A DNA stretch of 64,000 bases from Acidilobaceae archaeon (GTDB taxonomy: Archaea > Thermoproteota > Thermoprotei_A > Sulfolobales > Acidilobaceae), in assembly GCA_038897215.1 (NCBI GenBank), contig JAWAWX010000001.1, forward strand, positions 416,001 to 480,000, given 5' to 3'. Every line of letters begins with the position of its first letter. The stretch's first letter is position 1. Below the pieces are notes generated by a model. It had not been told where the DNA came from. It did not search any database and saw nothing but the letters and a program-made list of their open reading frames with translations. This document shows, piece after piece, positions 29,550 to 40,151 of the stretch. The position numbers were made by a program, and so were the translations under genes.

Positions 29550-30659
29550 CTAATCAATCCGATCGATCTGCTCTACTCCACCTAGGGGGAGCTCCACATC
29601 AGCTACCTCCATCAAGACTATCGTGGCGTAAGCGGAGGGCGGGAGGCAGAACGCGATCTCGGCTCTCGAGACTCCGGCTTTGCAGGTCTTGAAGGCTATG
29701 GGGAAGAGGAGAGGCCTCAGGGGGGCTCTCGGAGGGAGCTCTTCAACCCTAACCCCCTCCTCTTCAATCACGCTTCTCACTATCTCAGCCCAGCGCGTGC
29801 CGCTCTTCAGGAGTCTTCTCGAAGGGAGCCTAGCTGCCGGTACTCTCGCTTCTACTCCACAGGCTACTAGGGAGACTCTGGTCTCCGCTATCTCCACGAC
29901 TCTCTCCTCGAGAGCTCTGGAGAGAGCTCTGTTGAAGAGGTATGACTGGAGAGCTTCTCCAGCGATCCTAGGGGCTCTCTTAAGCGAGACCCAGGGGCTC
30001 TTCTCCTCGGCTGCTTCTCTGAGAGCTCTACTCTCGTAGCCCAGACTTCTCGCGAGGTCTTCGAGAGGGTACCTGTAGGAGTACTCTCTCAGAAGCCAGC
30101 CCCCCTCTCTCCCCGCTAGCCTGAGCCCGTAGATGTGAGTAGAGGGCCTCGACAGACCGAATCTCTGCGGCCCGTAGAACCCGGGGATTGCCGCTAGAGC
30201 CTCTAGGTTACCGCAAACCCTACCGGGCTCCTCTGTCTCCAAGACTATCTTGAAGATGTTCCCGGAGTGAGAGCCTGGGCGGAGAGCTCCCCCCTCTCCC
30301 AGAAGCCACGCTTTGACTCTACCGAGGTCTACGAAGCACCGCTCGTCTCCAGGCTCGAGGAGAGAGATGTATTGGTAGGAGACTCCCCACGAGTCCTTGA
30401 GTCCAGCGAAGCTCGCTCTCCGGGCTCTGAGCTCTCGTTTCAGCATGCTGGCAGCAGCGAGAGTAGGAGTGTCCTCCTTCCTCACGAGGTACAAGCGCCA
30501 CCCCTCCTCCTCGTTGAGTAGCGCGGGCTTGAGCTCGAAGACTCTGAACTCTCGGGGGAGGAATACTGCTCTAGGCTTTCCAGCGTCTTCGAGAAGGCTT
30601 CTCTCGATGCCCCAGAGTCTCCGCAAGCTCTCTCTGAGACCTCGAGAGCTCTCACCCAA
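29550..30659 (-). CDS. truD: tRNA pseudouridine(13) synthase TruD
   Basis: FAGLKD, GNIF, FYGPQRFG, LQSYLFN, LPPSAYAT. Confidence 0.9.
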   Translation of the reverse strand: MGESSRGLRESLRRLWGIERSLLEDAGKPRAVFLPREFRVFELKPALLNEEEGWRLYLVRKEDTPTLAAASMLKRELRARRASFAGLKDSWGVSYQYISLLEPGDERCFVDLGRVKAWLLGEGGALRPGSHSGNIFKIVLETEEPGRVCGNLEALAAIPGFYGPQRFGLSRPSTHIYGLRLAGREGGWLLREYSYRYPLEDLARSLGYESRALREAAEEKSPWVSLKRAPRIAGEALQSYLFNRALSRALEERVVEIAETRVSLVACGVEARVPAARLPSRRLLKSGTRWAEIVRSVIEEEGVRVEELPPRAPLRPLLFPIAFKTCKAGVSRAEIAFCLPPSAYATIVLMEVADVELPLGGVEQIDRID

Positions 30660-30670
30660 GACCCGAGCAC

Positions 30671-31039
30671 CTAGTACAGCTTGAGGCTCCCCGTCACTCT
30701 ATCCACTAGATGTGCTGGAGCCGGCCCCACTGCTACAGCTGTGAGAGTACCGGGCTCTAGCTGAGTTCTCCCAGCGTCTCTCACGAGAGAAGCGGGGAGC
30801 CCCTCGGCTCTAGCTCTCTCGTAGACTTCTAGAAGCTCCTTCTCCGAGTCGACGCGCAACACGACCTTAGTCTGCCCCTGAGAGAGCCAGCTCTCAAGCC
30901 ACTCTCTCCACTCTCTCCTACCGCTTCTCAGAGCCTCCATTACCGCCTCTACGCTAGCGTGAGCAGCTTGAGCTGCAGCCTTCCCCCTACCCATCTCCAA
31001 GTCGCGCCTCAAGACTATAGCCTGCTTGAACTCAGCTAA
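30671..31039 (-). CDS. pth2: Peptidyl-tRNA hydrolase Pth2
   Basis: GKAAAQAAHAS, DAGRTQ, GSLKLY. The conserved EFKQAIV lies upstream of the track start (31012), so extended to TTA at 31039. Confidence 0.93.
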   Translation of the reverse strand, partial: LAEFKQAIVLRRDLEMGRGKAAAQAAHASVEAVMEALRSGRREWREWLESWLSQGQTKVVLRVDSEKELLEVYERARAEGLPASLVRDAGRTQLEPGTLTAVAVGPAPAHLVDRVTGSLKLY

Positions 31040-31140
31040 AGCCCCCCACCCGCTCTAGAGCTTCTGCTCGAGGGAGGCGAAGAGGTTAAGCTTAAATTCG
31101 GTGAAAGCCCCCCAGCTCGCGGCTGAGGGGGTGTTATTGC

Positions 31141-31971
31141 TTGAGCGAGGTTATAGTTAAGCCTGCTGGTGTTAGAGCTCACGTCGGCGTCATCGGGGGC
31201 TCCGGGCTCTACGACCCCGGGATCATATCGAGCCCTGTAGAGGTCACTGTGAACACACCTTACGGCGAGCCCTCGGATAAGATAATAGTGGGCGAGGTCG
31301 GGGGAGTCAGGGTAGCCTTCCTCCCGAGGCACGGGAGAGGTCACAGGATCCCGCCTCACATGATAAACTATAGGGCTAACATCTACGCTCTGAAAGCTCT
31401 TGGAGTCAAGTGGGTTATAGCTGTCTCCGCTGTGGGGAGCTTGAGGTGGGACTACAAGCCCGGAGACCTGGTCGTCCCCGACCAGTTTATAGACATGACT
31501 AAGAATAGGAGGCACTACACTTTCTACGATGGGCCGGTCGTTGTCCACGTAAGCATGGCCGACCCCTTCTGCGAAGAGCTTAGAGAGAAGCTGGTAGAAG
31601 CTGGGAGGAGGCTAGGCTACACTATACACTCTTCTGGCACATACGTCTGCATAGAGGGCCCAAGGTTCTCGACTAGAGCTGAGAGCAGGCTGTGGAAGGA
31701 CGTGTTCAAGGCTGACATAATCGGGATGACTCTAGTCCCCGAGGTCAACCTAGCCTGCGAGGCTCAGCTCTGCTACGCTACTCTAGCCATGGTGACAGAT
31801 TACGATGTGTGGGCTGAAAGGCCTGTCACAGCTGAGGAGGTAGTCAGGGTTATGAGCGAGAACGTTGAGAAAGCCAAGAGGATACTCTACACAGTCATAC
31901 CGGAGCTCGGAGGAGAACCGAGCCCCGCTAAGTGTAGTTGCTGCAAGGCACTAGAGTATGGAGTCGTCTAG
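31141..31971 (+). CDS. mtnP: S-methyl-5'-thioadenosine phosphorylase
   Basis: [30 protein letters not shown]. Confidence 0.95.
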   Translation: MSEVIVKPAGVRAHVGVIGGSGLYDPGIISSPVEVTVNTPYGEPSDKIIVGEVGGVRVAFLPRHGRGHRIPPHMINYRANIYALKALGVKWVIAVSAVGSLRWDYKPGDLVVPDQFIDMTKNRRHYTFYDGPVVVHVSMADPFCEELREKLVEAGRRLGYTIHSSGTYVCIEGPRFSTRAESRLWKDVFKADIIGMTLVPEVNLACEAQLCYATLAMVTDYDVWAERPVTAEEVVRVMSENVEKAKRILYTVIPELGGEPSPAKCSCCKALEYGVV

Positions 31972-32806
31972 CTCTAGAGTAGCAGCTGAGGAGCTGAGGA
32001 GAGCATACGAGACAGTCTTGAGCCTAGCTAGGAGACTAGAGGGTAGAGTGAGCGTAGCAGACGGCACGGTAATCGCGTACACTAGAGGAGCAGAGCCTCC
32101 GGCCTCCATCCTCTACATATCATCTCTCCACGCGGGGCTAGACGTGGCTCTAGCGAGCGCTACAGAGCTCTCTCTCCACATAGTCCCCTACAGGGAGCTC
32201 AGGAGCGCCGTCATATTCTCCTACAAGCAGAGAGACTCTAGAGCAGTGAGCTCCGCTATAGCCTCATCGATAATGGGGGCTAAGACAGTGCTAGTGTCGC
32301 CCACAATGCCGGAAGCGTACGAGGAGAAGCTGAGAATCCACGGAGTCGAGAGAGTAGCCGTAGACAGCCCCTCTCCTCTCTTAGCCATGTCTGTAGCCGC
32401 CGCGCTCTGGAGCCCTAGGATGATGGGGGCTAGAGAAGAGAGAGTAAGAGCTGAGCTGAGAGCTCTCGACACTGCTCTCGACTGGGTTCTCGAGAAGTAC
32501 AGCTTCGTAGCCGAGAGAGGCTACGAGACAGCTGTCTACTCTCCAGCGACCGCTGCTGGAGCGTACTACTACTGCGCCTCTACGAGGAGCTGCGCTCCAC
32601 TGCCTCTAGACGCTCTAGAAGACTATGTTCCGAGAGGCAGGCTTCTAGCTATGCTGACTACTCTAGAGAGGAGAGAGTACGAGGAGTCTCTTAGAGCGGC
32701 TAAGAGTAAGACTGAGGTCGATGTAGTGGAGTTCAACGTAGACCCCGTCACCGCTTCTCTCTACTCTGTCCTCGTAGCTCTAGTAGCCGCGAGGAGAGCT
32801 ATCTAG
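31958..32806 (+). CDS. Hypothetical protein (possible degenerate SIS-like fold)
   Basis: 282 aa, coupled to mtnP, typical codon usage. Confidence 0.6.
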   Translation: MESSSSRVAAEELRRAYETVLSLARRLEGRVSVADGTVIAYTRGAEPPASILYISSLHAGLDVALASATELSLHIVPYRELRSAVIFSYKQRDSRAVSSAIASSIMGAKTVLVSPTMPEAYEEKLRIHGVERVAVDSPSPLLAMSVAAALWSPRMMGAREERVRAELRALDTALDWVLEKYSFVAERGYETAVYSPATAAGAYYYCASTRSCAPLPLDALEDYVPRGRLLAMLTTLERREYEESLRAAKSKTEVDVVEFNVDPVTASLYSVLVALVAARRAI

Positions 32807-32875
32807 ACGCGGAGTAGAACAAAAGCCTTTTCCCCTCCCGGTCTCAGCAAGCGCTAGAGACTCGGGCGATGGGCT

Positions 32876-34393
32876 GTGAGCGAGTCTCTCTTCGTGAACG
32901 AGACCGTCAGAGAGATCCTGAGCCGCTACAAGACCATCTGGGCTATAGAGCACTCCATGAGTCTCCTAAGCTGGGACCTAGAGGTCTCCATGCCCTCAGA
33001 GGGGGTTCAGGAGAGAGCGACTGCTCTAGCTGAGCTCAAGCTCCTCAGCCGCAAGCTGATCCTCCAAGACGTAGCCCCCCTCGTAGACAAGGTTGCTGGC
33101 AGAGAGGACTTGAACGAGTACGAGAGAGGAGTCGTTAGAGTCCTCTCGAGGATGATAGATAGGCTGAGGAAGGTGCCTGAGAGGCTTCACTACGAGATAG
33201 CGAAGACAGCCGCGGAGGCTACGACTGTCTGGAGAGAGGCTAAGAAGAGAGGAGACTTCGAGCTCTTCAAGCCCCACTTGGAGAAGATAGTGTCTCTCAC
33301 GAGAGAAGTCTCCGAGCACGTGGGCTACGATGAGCACCCCTACGACCCTCTCCTAGACTTCTTCGAGGAGAATCTCAGAGATAGAGACGTGAGAGCTCTC
33401 TTCTCCAGCCTAGTGCCTGGGCTCAGGAAGATCCTAGACGAGATCCTCTCCTCCGGCATCTACCCGAGAGAGCACGAGCTGGAAAACGTGAAGTATGATG
33501 TCGGAGCGATGGAGAAAGTCAACAGAGAGGTCTTAGACCTCCTAGGCTACCCGTGGAGCCGCGGTAGGCTCGATGTGAGCGCTCACCCCTTCTCGACGAG
33601 CATAGGGCTGAAGGATGTTAGGATAACTACGAGATACGAGGGGGTTGACTTCAAGAGGACTCTCTTCTCTGTGATACACGAGTTCGGCCACGCTCTCTAC
33701 GAGCTCCAGGTAGACGAGAGATTCGCTTTCACGCCTCTCGCTCAGGGGGTAAGCCTGGGGGTTCACGAGAGCCAGAGCAGGTTCTGGGAGAACGTTGTGG
33801 GGAGGAGTAGAGCATTCGTAGAGCTGGTCTCGCCGATCCTGAGGTCTCACCTGGGCTTCCTAGAGGGCTACAGTGATAGAGACATCTACCTGTACTTCAA
33901 CACAGTCAAGCCTAGCTTGATCAGAGTTGATGCCGACGAGGTCACGTACAACTTCCACGTTTACCTCAGGTATCAGCTCGAGAGGTCTCTGATAGCGGGC
34001 GAGGTCAAGGTATCAGAGCTACCGGAGCTCTGGAACGGGATGATGGAGGAGCTCCTGGGAGTAAAGCCTAAGAGCCACTCAGAGGGAGTGCTACAGGACA
34101 TACACTGGAGCCAGGCTCTCATCGGCTACTTCCCCACCTACACTATAGGGACTCTCCTCTCTGCTCAGATCAAGGCTAGAATGGAGGTGGAGTCGGGGAG
34201 GAGCCTCTCTGAGATCATAGCCTCGGGCAAGAGGGGCATCGAGTACATGAAGTCCTACCTGAGAGAGAAGATACACAGATTCGGGTCTCTCTACCCGCCA
34301 GACGAGCTGGTCGCGAAGAGCCTCGGGGAGAAGCTGAACCCGGAGTACTTCCTGAGATACCTGGAGGAGAAGTATCTGAGAGCTCCAAGCTAG
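32876..34393 (+). CDS. Carboxypeptidase, M32 family
   Basis: HPF, HEFGH, HESQS, GVLQDIHW, YFPTYTIG. Confidence 0.95.
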   Translation: MSESLFVNETVREILSRYKTIWAIEHSMSLLSWDLEVSMPSEGVQERATALAELKLLSRKLILQDVAPLVDKVAGREDLNEYERGVVRVLSRMIDRLRKVPERLHYEIAKTAAEATTVWREAKKRGDFELFKPHLEKIVSLTREVSEHVGYDEHPYDPLLDFFEENLRDRDVRALFSSLVPGLRKILDEILSSGIYPREHELENVKYDVGAMEKVNREVLDLLGYPWSRGRLDVSAHPFSTSIGLKDVRITTRYEGVDFKRTLFSVIHEFGHALYELQVDERFAFTPLAQGVSLGVHESQSRFWENVVGRSRAFVELVSPILRSHLGFLEGYSDRDIYLYFNTVKPSLIRVDADEVTYNFHVYLRYQLERSLIAGEVKVSELPELWNGMMEELLGVKPKSHSEGVLQDIHWSQALIGYFPTYTIGTLLSAQIKARMEVESGRSLSEIIASGKRGIEYMKSYLREKIHRFGSLYPPDELVAKSLGEKLNPEYFLRYLEEKYLRAPS

Positions 34394-35727
34394 CCTCTCT
34401 GCTCTCTCTTGAGCCGGAAGAGAGTAGAGTACTTGCCCAGGAGCCTCCTCCAAGACTCTCTAACGCTCCAGTATTTGCAGAGCTCTCCAACACTCTCCTC
34501 TCTGCAGTCCACTCTCCCCCCGGCTTTCTCGAAGACCCCGGAGCCCAGGTACGATACCCCCTCTGGGGGGCTCTTGCTCTTGTAGGGTAGCAGGTTTAGA
34601 GGCATGTCTTTAGGCGGGCTCCTCAAGTAGAGAGCCGCTGAAGCCATGGCCGCGGCTATCTTCGCTTCTAGAGTCGAGGCTCTAGCCTTGTAGCTCTCCT
34701 CTCCGACCATCACCAGCGAGGCTCCAGCCTCAGCCGCTAGGAACGTGAGGATGGCTGTTGATGCGTGTGTATCCACGTCTGCTAGCTCTATCGCGTTGTT
34801 TAGCCCAAGCATTACCGGGTAGTCTCTGCAAGCCTCTTCGCTGGAGAGAGCTCTAGCCGCTAGAAGGCTCTCGAGAGAGCCGGGTGATAGAGGTGGCTGC
34901 ATGACAGGGTCTAGTATCACGCTGAGAGAAGCCTTTGATGCAAGCTCGCAAACGCGAGCCAGCTCTCTAGCTCTCAGCCTCCAGTCTCCGAGCTCTCTGG
35001 GTATCACCACATAGAACACCTCGTCTCCAAGCCTAGCCACAGCCTCGAGTAGAGTATCGGCTGTGAAGCTCATCGCTACACTAGCTCCGGCCTCGACTGC
35101 CTCGGCTACAGCATCAAGACTGGGAGAGTCGACGGCTACGGGGGCCTCGATTGAGTCGAGGACTCTCTCGACTACTCTGAGGACGTCTCTGGAGCCAAGC
35201 GAGTAGTCGAAGCTAAGCACTACAGCATCAGCGCCAGCCCAGACTCTGTACTCCGCTTCTCTAGCCACGCGCTCAGCGTCAGCAGGCGGCTCTACATAGA
35301 TGTCTGAGAGGACAGCGATAGGCGGAGGGCGCTTTGGGACTCGCGCGTCACTCGCTTCAACCCACACTGCTCTAGCCGCTATCTCCTCGAAGACCTCCTC
35401 GAAGACTCTCGAGACTACCGCCTCGTCTAGAGCTCTCTCAGCAGGCTTGGAGGGGCTGAGAGAGTCGACGCTCGCTCTCCTCAAGATCCTCGGGAGTAAC
35501 CTGACCGCTGTAGGCCCCTTCACGACTCTCTCCAAGCCGCTGTAGTCGAAGGGGCTGAGCCCGGGGGCTATGGCGTAATCGTAGCTCAAGCCTTTGAGAG
35601 CCTCAGCGACCACAGCTGGGTGGAGAGACTGGACTCTAACGACTAGAACCTCGTAACCTGCTCCTCTAAGCTCCTCGACGACCGCTTGATCTACCCCAGC
35701 GGGGCCCGAGACGAGAGCTAGCCTCGA
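34390..35727 (-). CDS. Dihydropteroate synthase-like protein
   Basis: VVKGP, GADAV, VAVDS, ILDP, NNAIELADVDT, EESYK. Extended 38 codons beyond the track start (35613) to TCG after SD GGTGA. Confidence 0.8.
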   Translation of the reverse strand, partial: SRLALVSGPAGVDQAVVEELRGAGYEVLVVRVQSLHPAVVAEALKGLSYDYAIAPGLSPFDYSGLERVVKGPTAVRLLPRILRRASVDSLSPSKPAERALDEAVVSRVFEEVFEEIAARAVWVEASDARVPKRPPPIAVLSDIYVEPPADAERVAREAEYRVWAGADAVVLSFDYSLGSRDVLRVVERVLDSIEAPVAVDSPSLDAVAEAVEAGASVAMSFTADTLLEAVARLGDEVFYVVIPRELGDWRLRARELARVCELASKASLSVILDPVMQPPLSPGSLESLLAARALSSEEACRDYPVMLGLNNAIELADVDTHASTAILTFLAAEAGASLVMVGEESYKARASTLEAKIAAAMASAALYLRSPPKDMPLNLLPYKSKSPPEGVSYLGSGVFEKAGGRVDCREESVGELCKYWSVRESWRRLLGKYSTLFRLKREQRG

Positions 35728-35806
35728 GCCCGGTCACCGAGAGTGAGCATCAGTACTCTCAACATAAAAACCCTATCTAGCTAAGGTATCTCGATAGGGC
35801 TGAGGC

Positions 35807-36757
35807 TTGGCTGAAGAGACTGGAGGGAAGAGGCTGAGGATTAGAGGAGAGCCGGGAGAACCGAGCTACAAGCAAGTAGCCGAGCATATGAGGAGATACG
35901 CTGAGATGAGGAGAGCTGCTGCTAGAAACTTGGAGAAGGTGAAGCACGTAGTCGTAGTAACAAGCACTAAGGGCGGTGTGGGCAAGAGCATGGTGACAGT
36001 CAACCTAGCGGCTGCTCTAGCACTCAGAGGGCTAAAGGTCGGAGTCTTCGACATAGACTTCCACGGCCCCTCAGTCCACAAGCTTCTAGGGCTTCCAACG
36101 GGTATGGGTTTACCTGTAACCGTCGACGGGTCCATAGTCCCGGTTACTGTTCAACCGCTAGGCATTAAGGTTGTATCTATAGGCTTGTTGCTCAAATCAG
36201 ACGACGAGGCTGTAGTCTGGAGAGGCCCCATTAAGGCATCTGCTGTAAACGAGCTCCTCTCATACATAGACTGGGGAGACTTAGACATGCTCCTAGTCGA
36301 CACGCCACCAGGGACCGGAGACGAGGTCCTATCACTGCTCCAGCTACTCCCGAGAAAGATATCTGGCATAGTGCTGGTAGCTACTCCCTCGGAGATAACG
36401 AGAGTAGTGGCGAGGAAGACCGCTACTCTAGCTCGCCAGCTTAGAGCACCGCTTCTCGGAGTCGTTGAGAACATGAGCTACTTCAGGTGTAGAAGCGGAG
36501 AGATAGTCTACGTCTTCGGAGAGAGCAGGGGGGAGGCTTTCGCTAGAGAACTCTCCACGAGATTCCTCGGAGCCATACCTCTAGACCCTGAGCTGAGAAG
36601 ACTGGGAGACCAGGGAGTGCCCGTTGTGCTCGCAGCTCCCGAGAGCGAGTCTGCGAGAGCGTTCGCTAGCATAGCCGAGAAGCTACTACAGGCTCTGGAG
36701 GAGGAGGAGAAGAGTAGAGAGGTAGGAGAGGAGCCTTCTGAAGAGGGTGAGCGCTAG
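35807..36757 (+). CDS. Mrp/NBP35 Fe-S cluster carrier ATPase
   Basis: [33 protein letters not shown]. Confidence 0.93.
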   Translation: MAEETGGKRLRIRGEPGEPSYKQVAEHMRRYAEMRRAAARNLEKVKHVVVVTSTKGGVGKSMVTVNLAAALALRGLKVGVFDIDFHGPSVHKLLGLPTGMGLPVTVDGSIVPVTVQPLGIKVVSIGLLLKSDDEAVVWRGPIKASAVNELLSYIDWGDLDMLLVDTPPGTGDEVLSLLQLLPRKISGIVLVATPSEITRVVARKTATLARQLRAPLLGVVENMSYFRCRSGEIVYVFGESRGEAFARELSTRFLGAIPLDPELRRLGDQGVPVVLAAPESESARAFASIAEKLLQALEEEEKSREVGEEPSEEGER

Positions 36758-37017
36758 AAGACTCCCAGGCTCGCTGCTAGGTCTCTCGCTCTATACTCTG
36801 GAGCTAGCTTGACGTACGCTTTCTTCTCTCCTCTCGGTGTGATCAAGGTTCTAACCTTCTCTACCTTCACGTTGAACATTCTCTCCACAGCTCTCCTCAC
36901 GTCGTGCTTAGTAGCTCTCCTATCTACGATGAAGACTAGAGTGTTCTGGGTATCCATGAGTCTGGCTACTTTCTCGGAGTAGTGGGGTCTCAGGATCACC
37001 TTAGGCCACTCACTCAA
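36754..37017 (-). CDS. rpl23: 50S ribosomal protein uL23
   Basis: [17 protein letters not shown]. Confidence 0.97.
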   Translation of the reverse strand: MSEWPKVILRPHYSEKVARLMDTQNTLVFIVDRRATKHDVRRAVERMFNVKVEKVRTLITPRGEKKAYVKLAPEYRARDLAASLGVF

Positions 37018-37829
37018 AACCCTAGCACCTCGAATCTCTTAGCTAGTAGCTTTAGAGACTCGCTAGTCACGACTGCTAGCCTGCCGGGGACTCCTCCAGG
37101 AGCTAGCTGTAGAACATTAACGAAGCTCGGGGTAGCCACGTCTACTCCGGGGAGGCTTGCTACAGCTCTAGCGAATGGAGCTCTGTGGTCTTCGAGTATG
37201 AAGAGGATGCTCTTAGGCTCCTTGTACCTCCTCCCTCTCATCTTGCCTCTACCAGCTCTCCACCTTGTTCTCTCAGCTGCTCTCTCTACGTCCTCGTAGA
37301 CTCCTAGCTTCTCTAGGAGCTCTACAGCATCGCTAGTCTTCGAGATTGCATTGAGAACCGAAGAGTCTATAACCACGGGGACTTTGGCTACACTGAATCT
37401 GTGTCCTCGAGTTCTCACCAGCTCCGCGTCGGCTGTGGCTGCGAGAGCGCTCGCTGTCCCCAGGATCTTCTCCTTCTTGTTGACTCTCTCCCACAGGATC
37501 TTCTCTACTCTCGGCGGGAAGGTAGCCATGCCTCCTCTAGCTGAGCCTATGAAGGCTGCTCTCGTAGAGCCCTTTATCCTAGGGACTCTAGCGAGACCGT
37601 AGCCTATCCCCAGGCTCTCAGCCGTCGTCCTCTTGCCAGCCATGGGGTCTCTCCCCTTGGGCTGTAGCCGCATAGTGAACTCGCTCAAGAAGACTCTCCT
37701 TATCAGGTCTGCTCTGACGGGGAGCCTGAAGACCGCTGGTAGCTCTACCTCTCCTACTACTTCACCGCTAGCGTTGTAGAGAGGGACTGAGATAGGGGGC
37801 TTGAGGTATAGAGCTAGGTAGGTAGCCAT
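37014..37829 (-). CDS. rpl4: 50S ribosomal protein uL4
   Basis: [30 protein letters not shown]. Confidence 0.97.
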   Translation of the reverse strand: MATYLALYLKPPISVPLYNASGEVVGEVELPAVFRLPVRADLIRRVFLSEFTMRLQPKGRDPMAGKRTTAESLGIGYGLARVPRIKGSTRAAFIGSARGGMATFPPRVEKILWERVNKKEKILGTASALAATADAELVRTRGHRFSVAKVPVVIDSSVLNAISKTSDAVELLEKLGVYEDVERAAERTRWRAGRGKMRGRRYKEPKSILFILEDHRAPFARAVASLPGVDVATPSFVNVLQLAPGGVPGRLAVVTSESLKLLAKRFEVLGF

Positions 37830-37845
37830 GAGGGCTCCACCTCTT

Positions 37846-38883
37846 CTAGGCTCCCTGCTTGCTCTCTAGGCTCACGTAGGTTATCTTAGGCTGCCCGAGC
37901 TTGAACTTCAGGTACCACTTGGGCGGTCTTATAGGCCATCTTAGAACCACAGGTCTCTTGACCGCTCCAGCTATGCTACCAGCTAGGACTACGTAGTCGG
38001 ACTCGACTAAGCCGTAGTGCAGAAACCCCCCAGCTGGCGTTATCTCGTAGCCGTTAGAGCCTATGGCGAGAATCCTCTTATTGTACTCAGTCCTCCTGTG
38101 GAAGCCCATCTGGCCCGGCTGAGGAGCCTCCCACCACGTCCCGACTGCTGAGAAACGCGCGCCAGGGCCGCTCCTGCTACCCTTTCTGTGCTTGTGCCAT
38201 CTCGGGAGCTCTTTGACACCCCACCTCTTGACAACTCCCTGGAACCCCTTGCCTTTAGTTACTCCTATCACGTCTACAGGCATGCCTGGAGAGAAGACAT
38301 CGCTTACTCTGACCTCCTTACCGAGCTTGGAGACAGCGTACTCGAAGAGAGCACTGATATCGCTCACTCCACCCACCTTGACTTCTATGATATCAGGCTT
38401 CTTCTTCTCCAACCCTCCAGCTAGCTTAGGCTGAGAGGCTAGGATTAGCCTGACGTCTACCGCTTTGGGGAGGAGTGCTTCCAGCTTCTTTAAAGCCTCT
38501 TCTGTGCTCTTGACGCTGAGAGTCGAGATCCTCCTCTCTATCTCGAGCTCTCGAGGAGGCTGAACCCAGGCTTCGCCTAGAGTGTATAAGCCTCTATCGA
38601 CATCTCTCCCGTAGATTCTGACTGCTAGAGCGACCATTGGGGGGGTCTCGACTACAGTAACGGGGACGAATACCTCTCTGCCGGCTGTAGGGCTGGTTGG
38701 GATGTCGTCTACCACGAAGACGTGAGTCATCCCGACCTTGTAGCCAAGAAAAGCTAGCAGAGTTGGCTTGCCTAGATTGACTTCAGGCCAGGACTTGACT
38801 CTAGGGACTATACGAGAAGCTCTCTTACGCGGCGAGAAGCCTAAGCTCCCTCGTCTAGGCGCATGCTGCTTCCTAGCGCCCAC
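37846..38883 (-). CDS. rpl3: 50S ribosomal protein uL3
   Basis: PRRGSLGFSPRKRA, GYKVGMTH, TKGKGFQG, GQMGFHRRTEYNK. Confidence 0.98.
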   Translation of the reverse strand: MGARKQHAPRRGSLGFSPRKRASRIVPRVKSWPEVNLGKPTLLAFLGYKVGMTHVFVVDDIPTSPTAGREVFVPVTVVETPPMVALAVRIYGRDVDRGLYTLGEAWVQPPRELEIERRISTLSVKSTEEALKKLEALLPKAVDVRLILASQPKLAGGLEKKKPDIIEVKVGGVSDISALFEYAVSKLGKEVRVSDVFSPGMPVDVIGVTKGKGFQGVVKRWGVKELPRWHKHRKGSRSGPGARFSAVGTWWEAPQPGQMGFHRRTEYNKRILAIGSNGYEITPAGGFLHYGLVESDYVVLAGSIAGAVKRPVVLRWPIRPPKWYLKFKLGQPKITYVSLESKQGA

Positions 38884-38944
38884 GCTAATACCCCTCAGGG
38901 GCTCTGCGAGTCTCTGAGCCTAAAAAATCGAGCCCCTCTAGCTA

Positions 38945-39796
38945 CTAGTCTTCTAGAACGCTCGTGTTAGCTATTGCTGCGAGCGTTGCTACGATAGCCT
39001 CCTCCGTCCTGACCGTCTCCGTCCCCTGGTGTGGGATAGTGTTGACTATCGCGTCGAAGAGAGAGTGGTCGCTGTACTCGTAGGGGCACCTGTAGGGGCC
39101 CCCGAAGACTAGAGCTAGCTTCCTCCTCTTCTCCACCCCCTCTCTGAGTCTACCGGCTTGCCGGGAGAGGCAGTCACCGTATTTGCTGGCTAGAACGACT
39201 AGCGCTCCTCTCCTCCTCAGGTAGCTCACGACACTAGCTAGGTCTCCGAGGCTTCTTACCTTGAAGCCTGTGTATACGTCTCCCCAGCTCGCCTCCTCTA
39301 GCTCGTAGAGCCCTCTTTTCGCTGAAACTACTCGAGCTACTACTATAGACCCGGGCTTGTGCACACCTCTAAGAACCCCGTAGCCGGGCTTGCCTAGATA
39401 GGCTCTACACGAGTCTCTGTAGCACTCCTCGACGAATACCTCGATGATATCGCCTTCTCTCAGCTCTTCTGGAGCTAGGTGATTGTATGTCTTTAGTGGC
39501 GGCAGGACGCCTGATGCTCTCAACTCCCCGGTTAGCGGGACAGCCTTCTTCCTGAGATGAGGAGGGATTAGCATGTAGCGAAGATAGGAGACTAGGAGTC
39601 TAGCGTCTCTCTCGGCTGTATCAGGATCTCTATAGACTATGCACTCATCGACCCTGAACGCTGCGAGAGCTCTCCCAACAAGCCCGGCCTTGACGGCTTT
39701 CAGCACGAGAGTCTCCTCAACACTCAACACGCTACCCGGCAAAGCGACAGCAAGCCACACACTCCTCCTACGAGGAGGCCAGATGAAGCAACCCAC
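38945..39796 (-). CDS. SPOUT-family RNA methyltransferase (DUF171-like)
   Basis: RALAAFRVDE, FGGP, NTIPHQGTETVRTEEA; start at GTG 39796 preferred. Confidence 0.88.
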   Translation of the reverse strand: MGCFIWPPRRRSVWLAVALPGSVLSVEETLVLKAVKAGLVGRALAAFRVDECIVYRDPDTAERDARLLVSYLRYMLIPPHLRKKAVPLTGELRASGVLPPLKTYNHLAPEELREGDIIEVFVEECYRDSCRAYLGKPGYGVLRGVHKPGSIVVARVVSAKRGLYELEEASWGDVYTGFKVRSLGDLASVVSYLRRRGALVVLASKYGDCLSRQAGRLREGVEKRRKLALVFGGPYRCPYEYSDHSLFDAIVNTIPHQGTETVRTEEAIVATLAAIANTSVLED

Positions 39797-39882
39797 GCTA
39801 CTCCACGCTCCTACTCGAGCCCGTAGAGCCGCCTCTAGAGAAGCTGATGAGAGATATGAGAGCACGCTACCTAGAAGCAGGG

Positions 39883-40017
39883 CTACTTGCCTTTCTGCTT
39901 AGGCTCCTTCTTAGCCTTCTCTCTAGCCTTCTCTTTGCTCGAACTCGCTGACTGCTCTAGCTCTCTAGCCGCAGACTCCTTAGTGTGAAACAGCGTAGTC
40001 TTCTGCCTACCCCCCAA
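39883..40017 (-). CDS. Small basic protein, 44 aa
   Basis: Not in track. SD GGTGA 5 nt before TTG; MGGRQKTTLFHTKESAARELEQSASSSKEKAREKAKKEPKQKGK; AATATAAT TATA-like upstream. Confidence 0.7.
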   Translation of the reverse strand: MGGRQKTTLFHTKESAARELEQSASSSKEKAREKAKKEPKQKGK

Positions 40018-40151
40018 GCCTCTCACCCTCCGAGGCGGGAGAAGGGGGAGCTATTATATTCGTGAAGTAGCTCTACTCCTGCTCTCTCGTCTCTAAGATG
40101 GAGGGGAGAGAAAAGGGGAGACTCGCTGTCTCTGAGGGCTCTCTGAGTCTT

